Positions 44,779 through 54,346 are shown, counted from the first letter of the whole stretch. The stretch: 61,756 nucleotides of DNA, filler included, from Actinomycetales bacterium (GCA_045807245.1; 3 parts of 3 records of this genome joined end to end with filler, not necessarily neighbours in it); one strand, 5' to 3'. The notes: generated from the letters alone by a model not told the origin. Numbers and translations: made by a program.

Positions 44779-45446
44779 AGGCCCATGACCGCGTTCCCGG
44801 CGAACCCGCCGACACCTTGGTAGAGGTGATAGCTGCCGCGCACCAGTGCACTGGCCACCAGGGCCCGGTTGCGGCCCCAGCCCAGCTGGTCCAGGCGGTG
44901 CATGAGGAAGCCCAGGACCACGACCTCCTCCAGGATCGCGTTCTGCGCAGCCGACAGGACCAGCACGGGGATCCGCCACCACACATCGGGCAGATCCTCG
45001 GGTACGACCGTCAGGTCCACGCCGAGCGCGTGGGTCGCGAGGTAGAACGCCAGCCCGACCCCACCGACCGCTGCCGCGAGCACGGCGCCCCGGGAGAGGT
45101 CGAAACCGGGCCGCCTCCGGTCGGCGCCCAGCGTGCCCAAGCCCTCTCCGGACCGCACCAGCAGGTAGCCGACGAGCAGCACCGGCGCCAGGCCGAACCC
45201 GACCCCCAGCAGCTGGTAGGTCAGGTCGAGCCAAGGCCGTCCGGGGGCAGCGCTGCCGTTAAGCACCGCCTGTTGACTGGAGAGCGACTTCGGCGTGGTC
45301 AGCGCCGCCAGGAAGCTCACCAGCGCGTACACGCCGGACTGGCCGAGCGACAGCGTCAGGACGACCACGGTCTCCCAGGCCAGGACGCGGCGCGGCAGCG
45401 GCTCGCCGGCGGTCCCGGTCTGCCCCGCCGCGCGCTCCGTCGCCAT
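44779..45446 (-). CDS. CPBP/Abi-family intramembrane glutamic endopeptidase (3' truncated)
   Basis: NAILEEVVVLG, RGSYHLYQG; multi-TM. Confidence 0.88.
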
Positions 45447-45498
45447 GCCGGACAGCATGCCGCGAGCGCATCTGCGCAGGTGAGAGGGGTCACGACGA

Positions 45499-45527
45499 CT
45501 CAAGGTTTGACGGCCTCCGGTCGATCA
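45499..45527 (+). promoter_or_regulatory. Putative sigma28 (FliA/WhiG-type) promoter
   Basis: CTCAA-N16-GTCGATCA upstream of the GGDEF-EAL gene; consensus TAAA-N16-GCCGATAA. Confidence 0.45.
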
Positions 45528-45607
45528 GAAACGTGCAGGGGGAACCGTGGCTTCGGGCGGGTGGACGCCTGGCACTGTGCTAACGACCCTGGGGGTGGAA
45601 CCGCGCC

Positions 45608-47935
45608 GTGAGCGTGTCGCGCATTGGTGCACCTCCGGTGCCCCTGTCCGCCGCTTCGTCGAGCCGTCAGCCGGCCGGCGGGCGCTTCCGCCGCACCCAG
45701 CGGGTCCTGGCGACGGTCGAGTGGTCGCTCATCGCGGTCAGCACCGTCGTGGACTTCCTGCTCCGCGCTCCGCAGCACGAGGCGCTGTTCGAGAGTGCCG
45801 TGCTCATCGAGACCGCGGTCTTCTTCCCGCTCCTGCTCATCCGCCTGGGCGTCACCTTCGTGGCCCGACCGCGGCGGCGCCGGGCCACCGCGGCGATCGC
45901 GGTCGCCGTACTCGGCTGGGCTTGCGGGTCGGCGCTGTTGCAGACCAACGGCGCCTTGACCCTCGCCGCGCTCTTCACGCCCGGGATGCTGTCGTTCGTC
46001 GTCTCCTATATCGCGTTGGCGTCCTTCCTGGTGCTCGACGCCGAGCGCCGCCGCCACCGCGCCATGCGGGTCTGGCTGGAGACGACGGTGGCCTGCGCCG
46101 GCATCACCTCGGTGGCCGCGCTGCTGTTCCTCACCCCGTTGGCGGTCAACTTCGGGGGCAGCGGTGTGCGTCTGCTCCTGGCCTTGCTCTTCCCCCTGAT
46201 GGACATCGCGCTGGCCGTGATCGTCGTCGGTCAGCTCGCCGCTCATCACCGGGCCCGCAGCCTCCGGACCGGCAAGCTCGTACTGGGCGGGGTGGGGCTC
46301 TGCGTCTCCGACCTCACCTACCTGATCAACTCCTCGTCCAGCACGTACGTCGGCAGCGCCGGCGTCGACGTCCTGTACGGGCTGTCCTTCGCGCTCATCG
46401 TCGGCGCAGCCTGCACTGCCGACCGTCTGCCGGAGGCTCACGCCGTACCGCGGCAGCGGGCGCGCACGCTCGTCCTGGCCGCTGCCGTCGCCGTACTCGT
46501 GCTGGTCTTCCGTCCCACCGGACCGGTGTCCTGGTACGTCGTGCTGCCGGCAGTCCTCACCCTCGCCGCGGCCGGTGGCCGGCTCACGCTCGCCCTGCGC
46601 GAGAGCCAGGGCGCCGCGGAGGCGCTCCGCCTCTCGCGCACCGACGAGCTGACCGGCCTGGGCAACCGCCGCGCCGTCCTGGCCGCGGTCGACACGGGCC
46701 TGCGCGACGAGACGCCGCTCGCCCTCATGCTGCTCGACCTGGACGGCTTCAAGGAGATCAACGACAGCCTCGGCCACTCGGCCGGCGACGGCGTGCTGGA
46801 GGCGATCGCCGCGCGGCTCGAGGACACCCTGGGCGCCAAGACGCTCGTCGGACGGCTCGGTGGCGACGAGTTCGCCCTCGTCGTCGGCGAGGACGACCCC
46901 AAAGCGCTCGTGGGCATCGCGAACGGCATCCGCGAGACGTTGCTGGACCCGGTCAAGGTGGACAACCTCGACCTGGCCATCCGGGCCTCGATCGGCATCA
47001 CCGTGCGCCAGCCCTCGGACGTGACCGCCACCGACCTGCTGCGCCGGGCCGACGTCGCGATGTACGAGGCGAAGGGCACCCGCAGCGGGGCTCTGTTCTA
47101 CGACGCCGCCCGCGACAGCTTCAGCCGCCAGCGCCTGCGTCTGGCCGAGGACCTGCGCCGCGGCATCGACGAGGGCCAGCTCGTCGTCTTCTACCAGCCG
47201 CAGATCGACGCGCGGTCCAAGGAGGTCGTCGCGCTGGAGGCCCTGGTCCGCTGGGACCATCCGGAGGACGGGCTCCTGCCCCCGATCGCCTTCCTGCCCG
47301 ATGCTCGCCGGGCCGGGCTGATGCTGGCCCTGACCGACTCCGTCATGCGGTCGGTGGTCGCCGACGCCCGGCGCTGGACCGCGGAGGGGCTGGACTTCCG
47401 GGTGTCGCTGAACTGCGCACCGCCTGAGCTGCTCGGCGGGGCGCTGCTGCCGAGGCTGTTCGATGCTCTCGACCGAGCCGCCCTGCCCCCTGACACCCTC
47501 ACCATCGAGGTGACCGAGGACTCGTTCGTGGCCGACCCCGAGCACGCGCGGCAGATCCTGCACGAGCTGCGCGAGCACAACGTGCAGGCCGCCATCGACG
47601 ACTACGGGACCGGCTTCTCCTCGCTGGCCTACCTGCGCGACCTGCCGGTGCACGAGCTGAAGATGGACCGCTCGTTCATCTCCACCATCCTCACCGACCC
47701 GCGCAGCCGCGTGATCGTCGACTCGACCAACCAGATGGCCCACGCGATGGGGCTACGGCTGGTCGCCGAGGGCGTGGAGGACGAGGACATCGCCCAGCTC
47801 CTGTCGATGCTGGGCATCGACGTGCTCCAGGGCTACCACATCGGGCGGCCGATGCCGAGCTCCGATATCCCGGCCTGGGTCCGGGACTGGTCCGCGTCAG
47901 CGGTGCGCCAGCTCAACGGCCTCCGGGTGCGCTGA
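45608..47935 (+). CDS. Membrane-bound GGDEF-EAL c-di-GMP enzyme
   Basis: Multi-TM N-terminus; DELTGLGNRR, RLGGDEF, EALVRW, IDDYGTGFSSL, AEGVE, QGY. Confidence 0.95.
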   Translation: MSVSRIGAPPVPLSAASSSRQPAGGRFRRTQRVLATVEWSLIAVSTVVDFLLRAPQHEALFESAVLIETAVFFPLLLIRLGVTFVARPRRRRATAAIAVAVLGWACGSALLQTNGALTLAALFTPGMLSFVVSYIALASFLVLDAERRRHRAMRVWLETTVACAGITSVAALLFLTPLAVNFGGSGVRLLLALLFPLMDIALAVIVVGQLAAHHRARSLRTGKLVLGGVGLCVSDLTYLINSSSSTYVGSAGVDVLYGLSFALIVGAACTADRLPEAHAVPRQRARTLVLAAAVAVLVLVFRPTGPVSWYVVLPAVLTLAAAGGRLTLALRESQGAAEALRLSRTDELTGLGNRRAVLAAVDTGLRDETPLALMLLDLDGFKEINDSLGHSAGDGVLEAIAARLEDTLGAKTLVGRLGGDEFALVVGEDDPKALVGIANGIRETLLDPVKVDNLDLAIRASIGITVRQPSDVTATDLLRRADVAMYEAKGTRSGALFYDAARDSFSRQRLRLAEDLRRGIDEGQLVVFYQPQIDARSKEVVALEALVRWDHPEDGLLPPIAFLPDARRAGLMLALTDSVMRSVVADARRWTAEGLDFRVSLNCAPPELLGGALLPRLFDALDRAALPPDTLTIEVTEDSFVADPEHARQILHELREHNVQAAIDDYGTGFSSLAYLRDLPVHELKMDRSFISTILTDPRSRVIVDSTNQMAHAMGLRLVAEGVEDEDIAQLLSMLGIDVLQGYHIGRPMPSSDIPAWVRDWSASAVRQLNGLRVR

Positions 47936-48688
47936 GCCTGCAGCCGAAGCGGCCAGGTCGACGGTCCGCTGGGTGATCTGCGGCAGCGTCACGGACCGCG
48001 GCCGGTGCAGGACGAACGCCTCATTGTCGGGGATCCGGATGCCGTCGAGGCCGACCCCGAGTGTCACCAGCCGGTAGGCGTCCGGTGACATCCGGCGCTG
48101 CCCGTCGATCAGCTGGTTGAAGTTCGCGTACGCCGGTGTCGTGGCCGGAGATCCCCAGAACGGCAAGGTCTCGACGCCCGGGAGCGGGTGCATGACGACG
48201 CCCAGCATGTTGAGGATCCGGTGGATCCGGGCGTCGAGCATCGCGGTGAAACCGTCGACGCGGTTGGCCCGCATCGTCTTGATCAGGCCGTGGTAGATCG
48301 CGGCGGCCAGCAGGGCGGTCTGCCCGCGCGAGGACTTGCGCGCGCAGACGGTGGAGACGTCCCAGGTGCGCGCCGGGTCAAGTCCGGCGGCCGCGAGCGA
48401 GGCGCGCGCGTCGACGTTCCACGGCTCACCGGCGACGTCCCGGGTCGTGATCAGACCGGCCGGCGACGGATAGACCAGGCGGGCCATCGCCACGACGTCG
48501 CCTTGGGAGTCAGCCAGGCTCAGGAACGTGGAGGCGGCGTAGAACGGCGAGTGGTAGTGCTCGAGGGCGGACCGGTCCTCGCCGTACCGCTCGGCGAACA
48601 CGTCGTACTCACAGTCGAGCGTCGACTCCAGCAAGGCCCCGTCCGGGTCGAAGTGGAGGGTCAAGCCGGCTGCGTCCTGCTTCTTCAT
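47897..48688 (-). CDS. FeeM/LuxI-fold acyltransferase-like protein
   Basis: Order of elements EYDVFAERYG...MARLV...TWDVSTV...IYHGL...AMLD resembles N-acyl amino acid synthase/AHL synthase fold; start ATG 48688 or 48718. Confidence 0.55.
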   Translation of the reverse strand: MKKQDAAGLTLHFDPDGALLESTLDCEYDVFAERYGEDRSALEHYHSPFYAASTFLSLADSQGDVVAMARLVYPSPAGLITTRDVAGEPWNVDARASLAAAGLDPARTWDVSTVCARKSSRGQTALLAAAIYHGLIKTMRANRVDGFTAMLDARIHRILNMLGVVMHPLPGVETLPFWGSPATTPAYANFNQLIDGQRRMSPDAYRLVTLGVGLDGIRIPDNEAFVLHRPRSVTLPQITQRTVDLAASAAGSAHPEAVELAHR

Positions 48689-48856
48689 GCTCCCCGAACC
48701 CCAATCACTGTCCGCCATCGAACGACTACGTACCGCGTTCACCCTAAAGAGTGACCGTGCGGTTGCATAGCGCAACCGGTGCGGCGTCGGCGTGTCGTCG
48801 GCGTGTCCCTGGGACACGCCGACGCGCGCCGGTCGGTGTCCCCGGCCGCGGCTAGC

Positions 48857-49999
48857 GTGACGGGGGTGTCGCCGCCCGCGCGCAGCCGTCCGCTGCTCTC
48901 TCGCCGGGCGCTGAACCGGGCGACGCTCGCCCGGCAGATGCTGCTCGAACGGGCCGACCTGGCACCGGCCAAGGCGGTCGAGCGACTGGCCGGCCTGCAG
49001 GCGCAGGCCCCGCTCTCGCCGTACGTCGGGTTGTGGACCCGGCTGGACGGCTTCGAGGCCGAGCAGCTGGCCGACCTGATGCGGCGCCGGGCCGTCGTCC
49101 GCGCGACGCTCATGCGCGTCACGGTCCATCTGGTCACCGCCCGGGACGCGCTCGCCTGGCGCCCGGTCCTGCAGCGCGTCGCCGAGGGAGGCTGGCGCGG
49201 CAGCCAGTGGTCCAAGCAGATCGGTACGGCGAAGCCGGCCGCCGTCCTGGCCGCCGCTCGCGAGCTGATCGACGAACAGGCCGTCGGCCGTACCGAGCTG
49301 GGAAACCTTCTGGGCCAGCGGTTTCCGGACGCGGACCCGTACGCGCTCGGCGGCACGGTGATGTATCTGCAGCCCACGGTCCAGGCCACTCCGCGTGGCG
49401 TCTGGGGTGAGAGCGGCGCGACCAAGTTCCGCTCCATGCAGTCCTGGCTTGGGCGCGAGCTCGACCCGAACGCATCCGTGGACGACCTGGTCCTGCGCTG
49501 CATCGGGGCGCTCGGACCGATGAGCGTCAAGGACGTTCAGGCCTGGTGCGGACTGACCCGGCTGCGCGAGGTCGTCGACCGGCTGGGCAGCCGCCTGCGC
49601 GCGTTCCAGGGCGAGGACGGGGTCGAGCTCTACGACCGGCCGCGCGCACTGCGGCCCGACCCGGACACGCCCGCGCCGGTCCGGTACCTGCCCGAGTACG
49701 ACAACCTGCTGCTGTCCCACGCCGACCGCCGGCGGGTGAACCCGGATGGCCGGCAGGTGCCCCTGTTCCCAGGCAACGGAGCCCGTCTCGGGACGTTCCT
49801 GGTCGACGGTCTCCACGCCGGCCACTGGCGCATCCGGGCCGAGCGCGGTGCGGACGAGGCCGTGCTCGAGCTGTCACCCTTCGGCCGCCTCGCGGCCGCG
49901 GACCGTGACGCGCTCACCGTTGAAGGGCTCCCCCTGCTGGCGTTCGCCGTTCCCGACCACAGCGCGCGCGACGTCCGCATCGCGCAGCCGAAAGGATGA
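48857..49999 (+). CDS. AlkZ-like (HTH_42) DNA glycosylase
   Basis: LNRATLARQ, GLQAQ (QxQ motif), MRVTVH, LPEYDNLLLSHADR. Confidence 0.88.
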   Translation: MTGVSPPARSRPLLSRRALNRATLARQMLLERADLAPAKAVERLAGLQAQAPLSPYVGLWTRLDGFEAEQLADLMRRRAVVRATLMRVTVHLVTARDALAWRPVLQRVAEGGWRGSQWSKQIGTAKPAAVLAAARELIDEQAVGRTELGNLLGQRFPDADPYALGGTVMYLQPTVQATPRGVWGESGATKFRSMQSWLGRELDPNASVDDLVLRCIGALGPMSVKDVQAWCGLTRLREVVDRLGSRLRAFQGEDGVELYDRPRALRPDPDTPAPVRYLPEYDNLLLSHADRRRVNPDGRQVPLFPGNGARLGTFLVDGLHAGHWRIRAERGADEAVLELSPFGRLAAADRDALTVEGLPLLAFAVPDHSARDVRIAQPKG

Positions 50000-50050
50000 C
50001 GGTTGACCGGAGCGGCGGACCGCAGGGGCGGCTTCGGTCAGGATCGCGAG

Positions 50051-50563
50051 ATGGGCACGTTCACCGAAGTCGTTTTGGGGTTCTCGTTCCGGCCCGAAAC
50101 GCCAGACCACGTGTTGTCCGCGTTCTCCGCGCTCGCGGTGCCGAGCACAGCGCAGTTCGGACCGCCTGAGCCGCCACTGCCGTCGCCGCATCCCATCAAC
50201 CCGGACGACGAGTGGGAACCAACCGACGAGTGGGCGGACCCGGCCCTCGACCCGGCGCCCTGGCGGCACGACTGGGCGACCTGGTTCAGCCGGTCAACGA
50301 GCGTGTCGATCACGCCGAGCGCGCAGCTCATGTGGTCGAAGACTGGCCGTTGGACACTGTCCTGCCGGTGGGGGATCAAGTCGGGCCCAGAGGAAGTCTT
50401 CTCGGCGTTGCGGTGGCTTGGTCCGTACCTTGAGGGGTTCGACCAGCGTCCTATCTTGCTCGGCTACATGGACTACGGAGGCGCACCGCGACCGGTGCTG
50501 GTGTGGCTGTTCCAAGGGCAGCTCTCGCTCGAGGATCTCAACCCGCCGGGCACCGTCAACTGA
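50051..50563 (+). CDS. Hypothetical protein, orphan/phage-like
   Basis: Protein-like 170-aa ORF with more A/T-ending codons than its neighbours. Confidence 0.65.
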   Translation: MGTFTEVVLGFSFRPETPDHVLSAFSALAVPSTAQFGPPEPPLPSPHPINPDDEWEPTDEWADPALDPAPWRHDWATWFSRSTSVSITPSAQLMWSKTGRWTLSCRWGIKSGPEEVFSALRWLGPYLEGFDQRPILLGYMDYGGAPRPVLVWLFQGQLSLEDLNPPGTVN

Positions 50564-50659
50564 GGACGGAAGGTTTCGACGAGTCGTGCCAGTGGCGCCG
50601 AACTGCGGCTTCCTTCGCGTCAGGTGAAGGTCTTTGCGGCTGGTTGGATTCAATTCAGA

Positions 50660-50669
50660 CGCAAGTGCG
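50660..50669. promoter_or_regulatory. Putative operator of the mod operon
   Basis: Palindrome CGCA-AG-TGCG 14 bp upstream of the regulator start. Confidence 0.4.
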
Positions 50670-50683
50670 GGTTAGAGTGCGGC

Positions 50684-51094
50684 GTGCCGTCGTACCGCAT
50701 CCGCGAAGCCGCCGAGCTGCTCGGCGTCAGCGACGACACCCTGCGGCGCTGGGCCGACGGCGGCCGGATCGTGACCGAGACGGACGAGTCCGGGCGCCGG
50801 GTCATCGAGGGCGCGGCGCTGGCCACGTTCGCCTCGGAGCTGGCCGCCTCTGCCGAGCGTCCCGAACCGAGGCCGGTCGTGTCGGAGTCAGCCCGTAACC
50901 GTTTCGTCGGGCTGGTCACCCGGGTCCTGCGCGACACCGTGATGGCCCAGGTCGACATCCAGGCCGGCCCGCACCGGTTCGTCTCGCTGATGAGCCGCGA
51001 GGCGGCGGACGACCTGGGCCTCGAGCCCGGCGTCCTCGCCGTCGCGTCGATCAAGTCGACCAACGTGGTGGTCGAGGTGCCGGACCAGCCATGA
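50684..51094 (+). CDS. MerR-HTH/TOBE molybdenum regulator
   Basis: EAAELLGVSDDTLRRWAD; SARNRFVG...ASIKSTNVVV; first gene of mod operon. Confidence 0.9.
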   Translation: MPSYRIREAAELLGVSDDTLRRWADGGRIVTETDESGRRVIEGAALATFASELAASAERPEPRPVVSESARNRFVGLVTRVLRDTVMAQVDIQAGPHRFVSLMSREAADDLGLEPGVLAVASIKSTNVVVEVPDQP

Positions 51095-51125
51095 CTCGCC
51101 TACTCGCGGACGTGCGCAGATCACC

Positions 51126-51935
51126 ATGTGGGTGAACCGCGCTCGCGTCGGCGCTCCGATGCCGGTCATCGTCGCGAGCGTCGCGGCCGCAGTCCTGACC
51201 GGCTGCGGCTCGTCGGGCGGCGGAGGCTCCTCGGGCGGCGGCTCGTCCAGCTCGTCGGCGGTCACGGGAACCATCACGGTGCTCGCCGCAGCCTCCCTCA
51301 CCGAGGCGTTCACGACGCTGGGCAAGCAGTTCGAAGTGGCACACCCAGGGACCAAGGTGGTCTTCAGCTTCGGTCCGAGCTCCGGGCTGGCCGGCCAGAT
51401 CACCGCGGGCGCTCCGGCTGACGTCTTCGCCTCGGCGAGCCACAAGAACATGGACCAGGTGACCTCCGCGGGTGATGCCTCTGGACCTCGCGTGTTCGCG
51501 AAGAACACCATGGAGATCGCCGTTCCACCGGACAACCCCGCCAACATCACCGCGCTGACGGACCTGGCCAAGCCGGGCCTGAAGGTCGCCCTCTGCCAGG
51601 CACAGGTCCCCTGCGGCACGGTGGCGAAGCAGGTGTTCGACAACGCCAGGATCACGGTGCGGCCGGTGACCGAGGAAGCGGATGTGAAGTCCGTCCTGTC
51701 CAAGGTGCAGCTGGGTGAGGTCGACGCCGGAATCGTCTACGTCACTGACGTGCGTGCGGCCGGGGACAAGGTCAAGGGGATCGAGATCGCGAGCGACGTC
51801 AACGCTTCGACCGCATATCCGATCGCAACTTTGACCAAGACGCCGAACACCTTGGGGGCGAGGGCTTTCGTCGACCTCGTGCTGTCCGCCGCCGGCCAGG
51901 CGGTCCTCACCCAGGATGGCTTCTCGTCGCCATGA
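51126..51935 (+). CDS. modA: Molybdate ABC transporter substrate-binding lipoprotein
   Basis: Lipobox LTGC, AAASLT, ADVFASA, VPCG, DAGIVYVTD. Confidence 0.95.
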   Translation: MWVNRARVGAPMPVIVASVAAAVLTGCGSSGGGGSSGGGSSSSSAVTGTITVLAAASLTEAFTTLGKQFEVAHPGTKVVFSFGPSSGLAGQITAGAPADVFASASHKNMDQVTSAGDASGPRVFAKNTMEIAVPPDNPANITALTDLAKPGLKVALCQAQVPCGTVAKQVFDNARITVRPVTEEADVKSVLSKVQLGEVDAGIVYVTDVRAAGDKVKGIEIASDVNASTAYPIATLTKTPNTLGARAFVDLVLSAAGQAVLTQDGFSSP

Positions 51936-52765
51936 CCGTCGCGCAGAGGCAGCGGGCGCGACGCGCTGGCCGAGCCGTGCCGGCGGCGCTCGCCGTGCCC
52001 GCCATCGTGGCGCTGCTCTTCCTGCTGGTCCCCCTGGTCGCGTTGCTGGTGCGCGCGCCGTGGCACGGCCTGCCGCGCATCCTACGTGACAGCCAGGTGT
52101 TCGAAGCTCTGCGCCTGTCGCTCGAATGCGCCAGTGCCGCAACGGTTCTGTCCCTGGTGTTCGGCGTCCCGCTGGCCTGGGTGCTGGCCCGCGCGCGGCT
52201 CCGCGGACTCGGTCTGCTGCGAGCGCTCGTGACGCTGCCACTGGTGCTGCCTCCGGTCGTGGGCGGCGTCGCCCTCCTGCTGGCCTTCGGACGGCTGGGC
52301 ATCGTGGGCCGACACCTGGACGACTGGACCGGCATCACGCTGCCGTTCACCACGCCGGGCGTCATCGTCGCGGAGACCTTCGTGGCCATGCCCTTCCTGG
52401 TCATCGCGGTCGAGGGCGCGCTCCGGGGCAGTGACCTGGACCTGGAGGAGGCGGCCGCGACGCTGGGCGCAAGCCGCATGACGACGTTCCGCCGGGTCAC
52501 CGTGCCGGCGATTGCACCGTCGCTGCTGGCCGGCTCCGTCCTGTGCTGGGCCCGCGCCCTCGGCGAGTTCGGCGCCACGATCACGTTCGCCGGCAACTTC
52601 CCGGGCAAGACCCAGACCATGCCGCTCGCTGTCTATCTCGCGCTCGAGTCCGACCCGGACGCCGCGATCGGCCTCTCGCTCGTCCTGCTCGCCGTGTCGG
52701 TCGCGGTGCTGCTGGCGCTGCGGGACCGGTGGCTCCGCCTCCCAGCACCTCATCTCGTCGCGTGA
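51932..52765 (+). CDS. modB: Molybdate ABC permease
   Basis: LPLVLPPVVGG, EEAAATLGA, RALGEFGATI. Confidence 0.95.
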   Translation: MTVAQRQRARRAGRAVPAALAVPAIVALLFLLVPLVALLVRAPWHGLPRILRDSQVFEALRLSLECASAATVLSLVFGVPLAWVLARARLRGLGLLRALVTLPLVLPPVVGGVALLLAFGRLGIVGRHLDDWTGITLPFTTPGVIVAETFVAMPFLVIAVEGALRGSDLDLEEAAATLGASRMTTFRRVTVPAIAPSLLAGSVLCWARALGEFGATITFAGNFPGKTQTMPLAVYLALESDPDAAIGLSLVLLAVSVAVLLALRDRWLRLPAPHLVA

Positions 52766-53871
52766 CGGTGCCGGACCGGGGAGGGGACGACCTCGACCTC
52801 GACCTGCGCCTGGTCCGCGGCACGTTCGAGCTCGCGCTCACTCTGTCGGCCGGCCCGGGTCGGGTCGTCGCGGTCCTCGGCCCCAACGGCGCGGGCAAGA
52901 CCAGCCTGCTGCGTGCGCTGGCCGGGTTGAGCCCGATTACCTCGGGGCACATCACCTTGAGCGGCCTCCCGGTGGACCGCCCGGCGACGGCGACGTTCGT
53001 CCCGCCGGAGCGGCGCCGGGTCGGCCTGGTGTTCCAGAACTACCGGCTCTTCCCCCACCTCGACGTGCGGGACAACGTCGCCTTCGCGGCCCGCTCGCGC
53101 GGCGCCGGGAGGCAGCGCTCGCGCGCCCTGGCCCGCCCCTGGCTGGAGCAGCTGGACCTGGTCGAGCTCGCGGGCCGGAAACCGGCCGAGCTCAGCGGGG
53201 GCCAGGCGCAGCGGGTCGCGATGGCCCGGGCGCTCGCGGCCGACCCGGCCGTGCTGCTGCTCGACGAGCCGCTGGCCGCGCTGGACGCGCAGGCCCGGCT
53301 GGACCTGCGCAGCCACCTCCGGCGCTACGTCTCCGGCTTCAGCGGGCCAGTGCTGCTGGTCACCCATGACCCGCTCGACGCCATGGTCCTGGCCGACCGG
53401 ATCGTCGTGTTGGAGCAGGGCCGGATCGTGCAGGACGCGACGCCGCCGATCGTGGCCCGGCGGCCGGCGACGCAGTACGTCGCGCGCCTCATGGGCCTGA
53501 ACCTGTATCGCGGCTGCCTGGACGCCGAGGGGACGGTCGACCTCGACGGAGGAGGACGGCTCGTCGTACCGCTCGATCCCGGGCTCGACGCCGGCACGCG
53601 TGTCCTCGTGGGCGTCCGTCCCTCGAGCATCTCCATCCACGCGGGCCAGCCCCAGCACGTCAGCACCCGCAACGTCTGGCCAGGGACGGTCGCCGGCCTC
53701 GAGCTGCTCGCCGACCGCGTGCGGCTCCAGGTCACGGGTCAGCCGGACGCCTTGGTCGACATCACGCCGGCCGCGCTGGCGGAGCTCGGTCTGCGGCCGG
53801 GCAGCGCCGTGTGGCTCTCGGCCAAGGCGACCGAGACGGAGACCTATCCCGAGACGACTCCCCTCGCGTGA
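52762..53871 (+). CDS. modC: Molybdate ABC ATPase with TOBE domain
   Basis: GPNGAGKT, LSGGQAQR, LLDEP, STRNVW...AKATE. Confidence 0.92.
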   Translation: MTVPDRGGDDLDLDLRLVRGTFELALTLSAGPGRVVAVLGPNGAGKTSLLRALAGLSPITSGHITLSGLPVDRPATATFVPPERRRVGLVFQNYRLFPHLDVRDNVAFAARSRGAGRQRSRALARPWLEQLDLVELAGRKPAELSGGQAQRVAMARALAADPAVLLLDEPLAALDAQARLDLRSHLRRYVSGFSGPVLLVTHDPLDAMVLADRIVVLEQGRIVQDATPPIVARRPATQYVARLMGLNLYRGCLDAEGTVDLDGGGRLVVPLDPGLDAGTRVLVGVRPSSISIHAGQPQHVSTRNVWPGTVAGLELLADRVRLQVTGQPDALVDITPAALAELGLRPGSAVWLSAKATETETYPETTPLA

Positions 53872-53976
53872 CCGGCGAGGGGCTCGCGCTGGACGGGTCC
53901 GCCGTGGCTCGTGAGCCCCTCCGACCTGCCGCGCGGCCACGACGGATCTACCGTGGCAGGAGCATCGGGAGGCGAG

Positions 53977-54321
53977 ATGGCGACCGAGCAGGACGTGAGG
54001 CGCATCGCGCTGTCGCTCCCGGAGACGACGGAGAAGCCGTCGTACGGCACGCCCGGGTTCCGCGTCGCGGACCGGCTCTTCGCCCGGCTGCGCGAGGACG
54101 GGGAGTCCCTCGTCGTTTGGGTGGCCGACGAGGGCGAGAAGCATGCGCTCGTCCAGTCAGAGCCGGACAAGTACTTCACCACCGCCCACTACGACGGGCA
54201 TCCCTCGGTGCTCGTCCGCTGGGCCAGGGTCGAGCTCGACGAGCTGACCGAGCTGCTCACCGAGGCCTGGCGGCTCCGGGCGCCGACGCGGGTGCTGCGG
54301 GCGCACCCGGCCGGCGAGTGA
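53977..54321 (+). CDS. MmcQ/YjbR-family protein
   Basis: ATG after GGAGG; DVRRIALSLP...HYDGHPSVLV...EAW. Confidence 0.85.
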   Translation: MATEQDVRRIALSLPETTEKPSYGTPGFRVADRLFARLREDGESLVVWVADEGEKHALVQSEPDKYFTTAHYDGHPSVLVRWARVELDELTELLTEAWRLRAPTRVLRAHPAGE

Positions 54322-54346
54322 GCCCACGCATTCAGCGAGCGAGCAG

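Noticed and set aside
45467..45476. CGCATCTGCG palindrome similar to the putative mod operator
   Set aside because: Short GC-rich palindrome likely by chance; no functional link to molybdenum.
42094..47935. HD-GYP and GGDEF-EAL genes as one c-di-GMP island
   Set aside because: They lie on different contigs separated by an artificial spacer, so proximity is unsupported.
47897..49825. 642-aa ORF as a single protein
   Set aside because: The N-terminal ~370 aa is antisense to the AlkZ-like gene; only the part from about 48718/48688 looks real.
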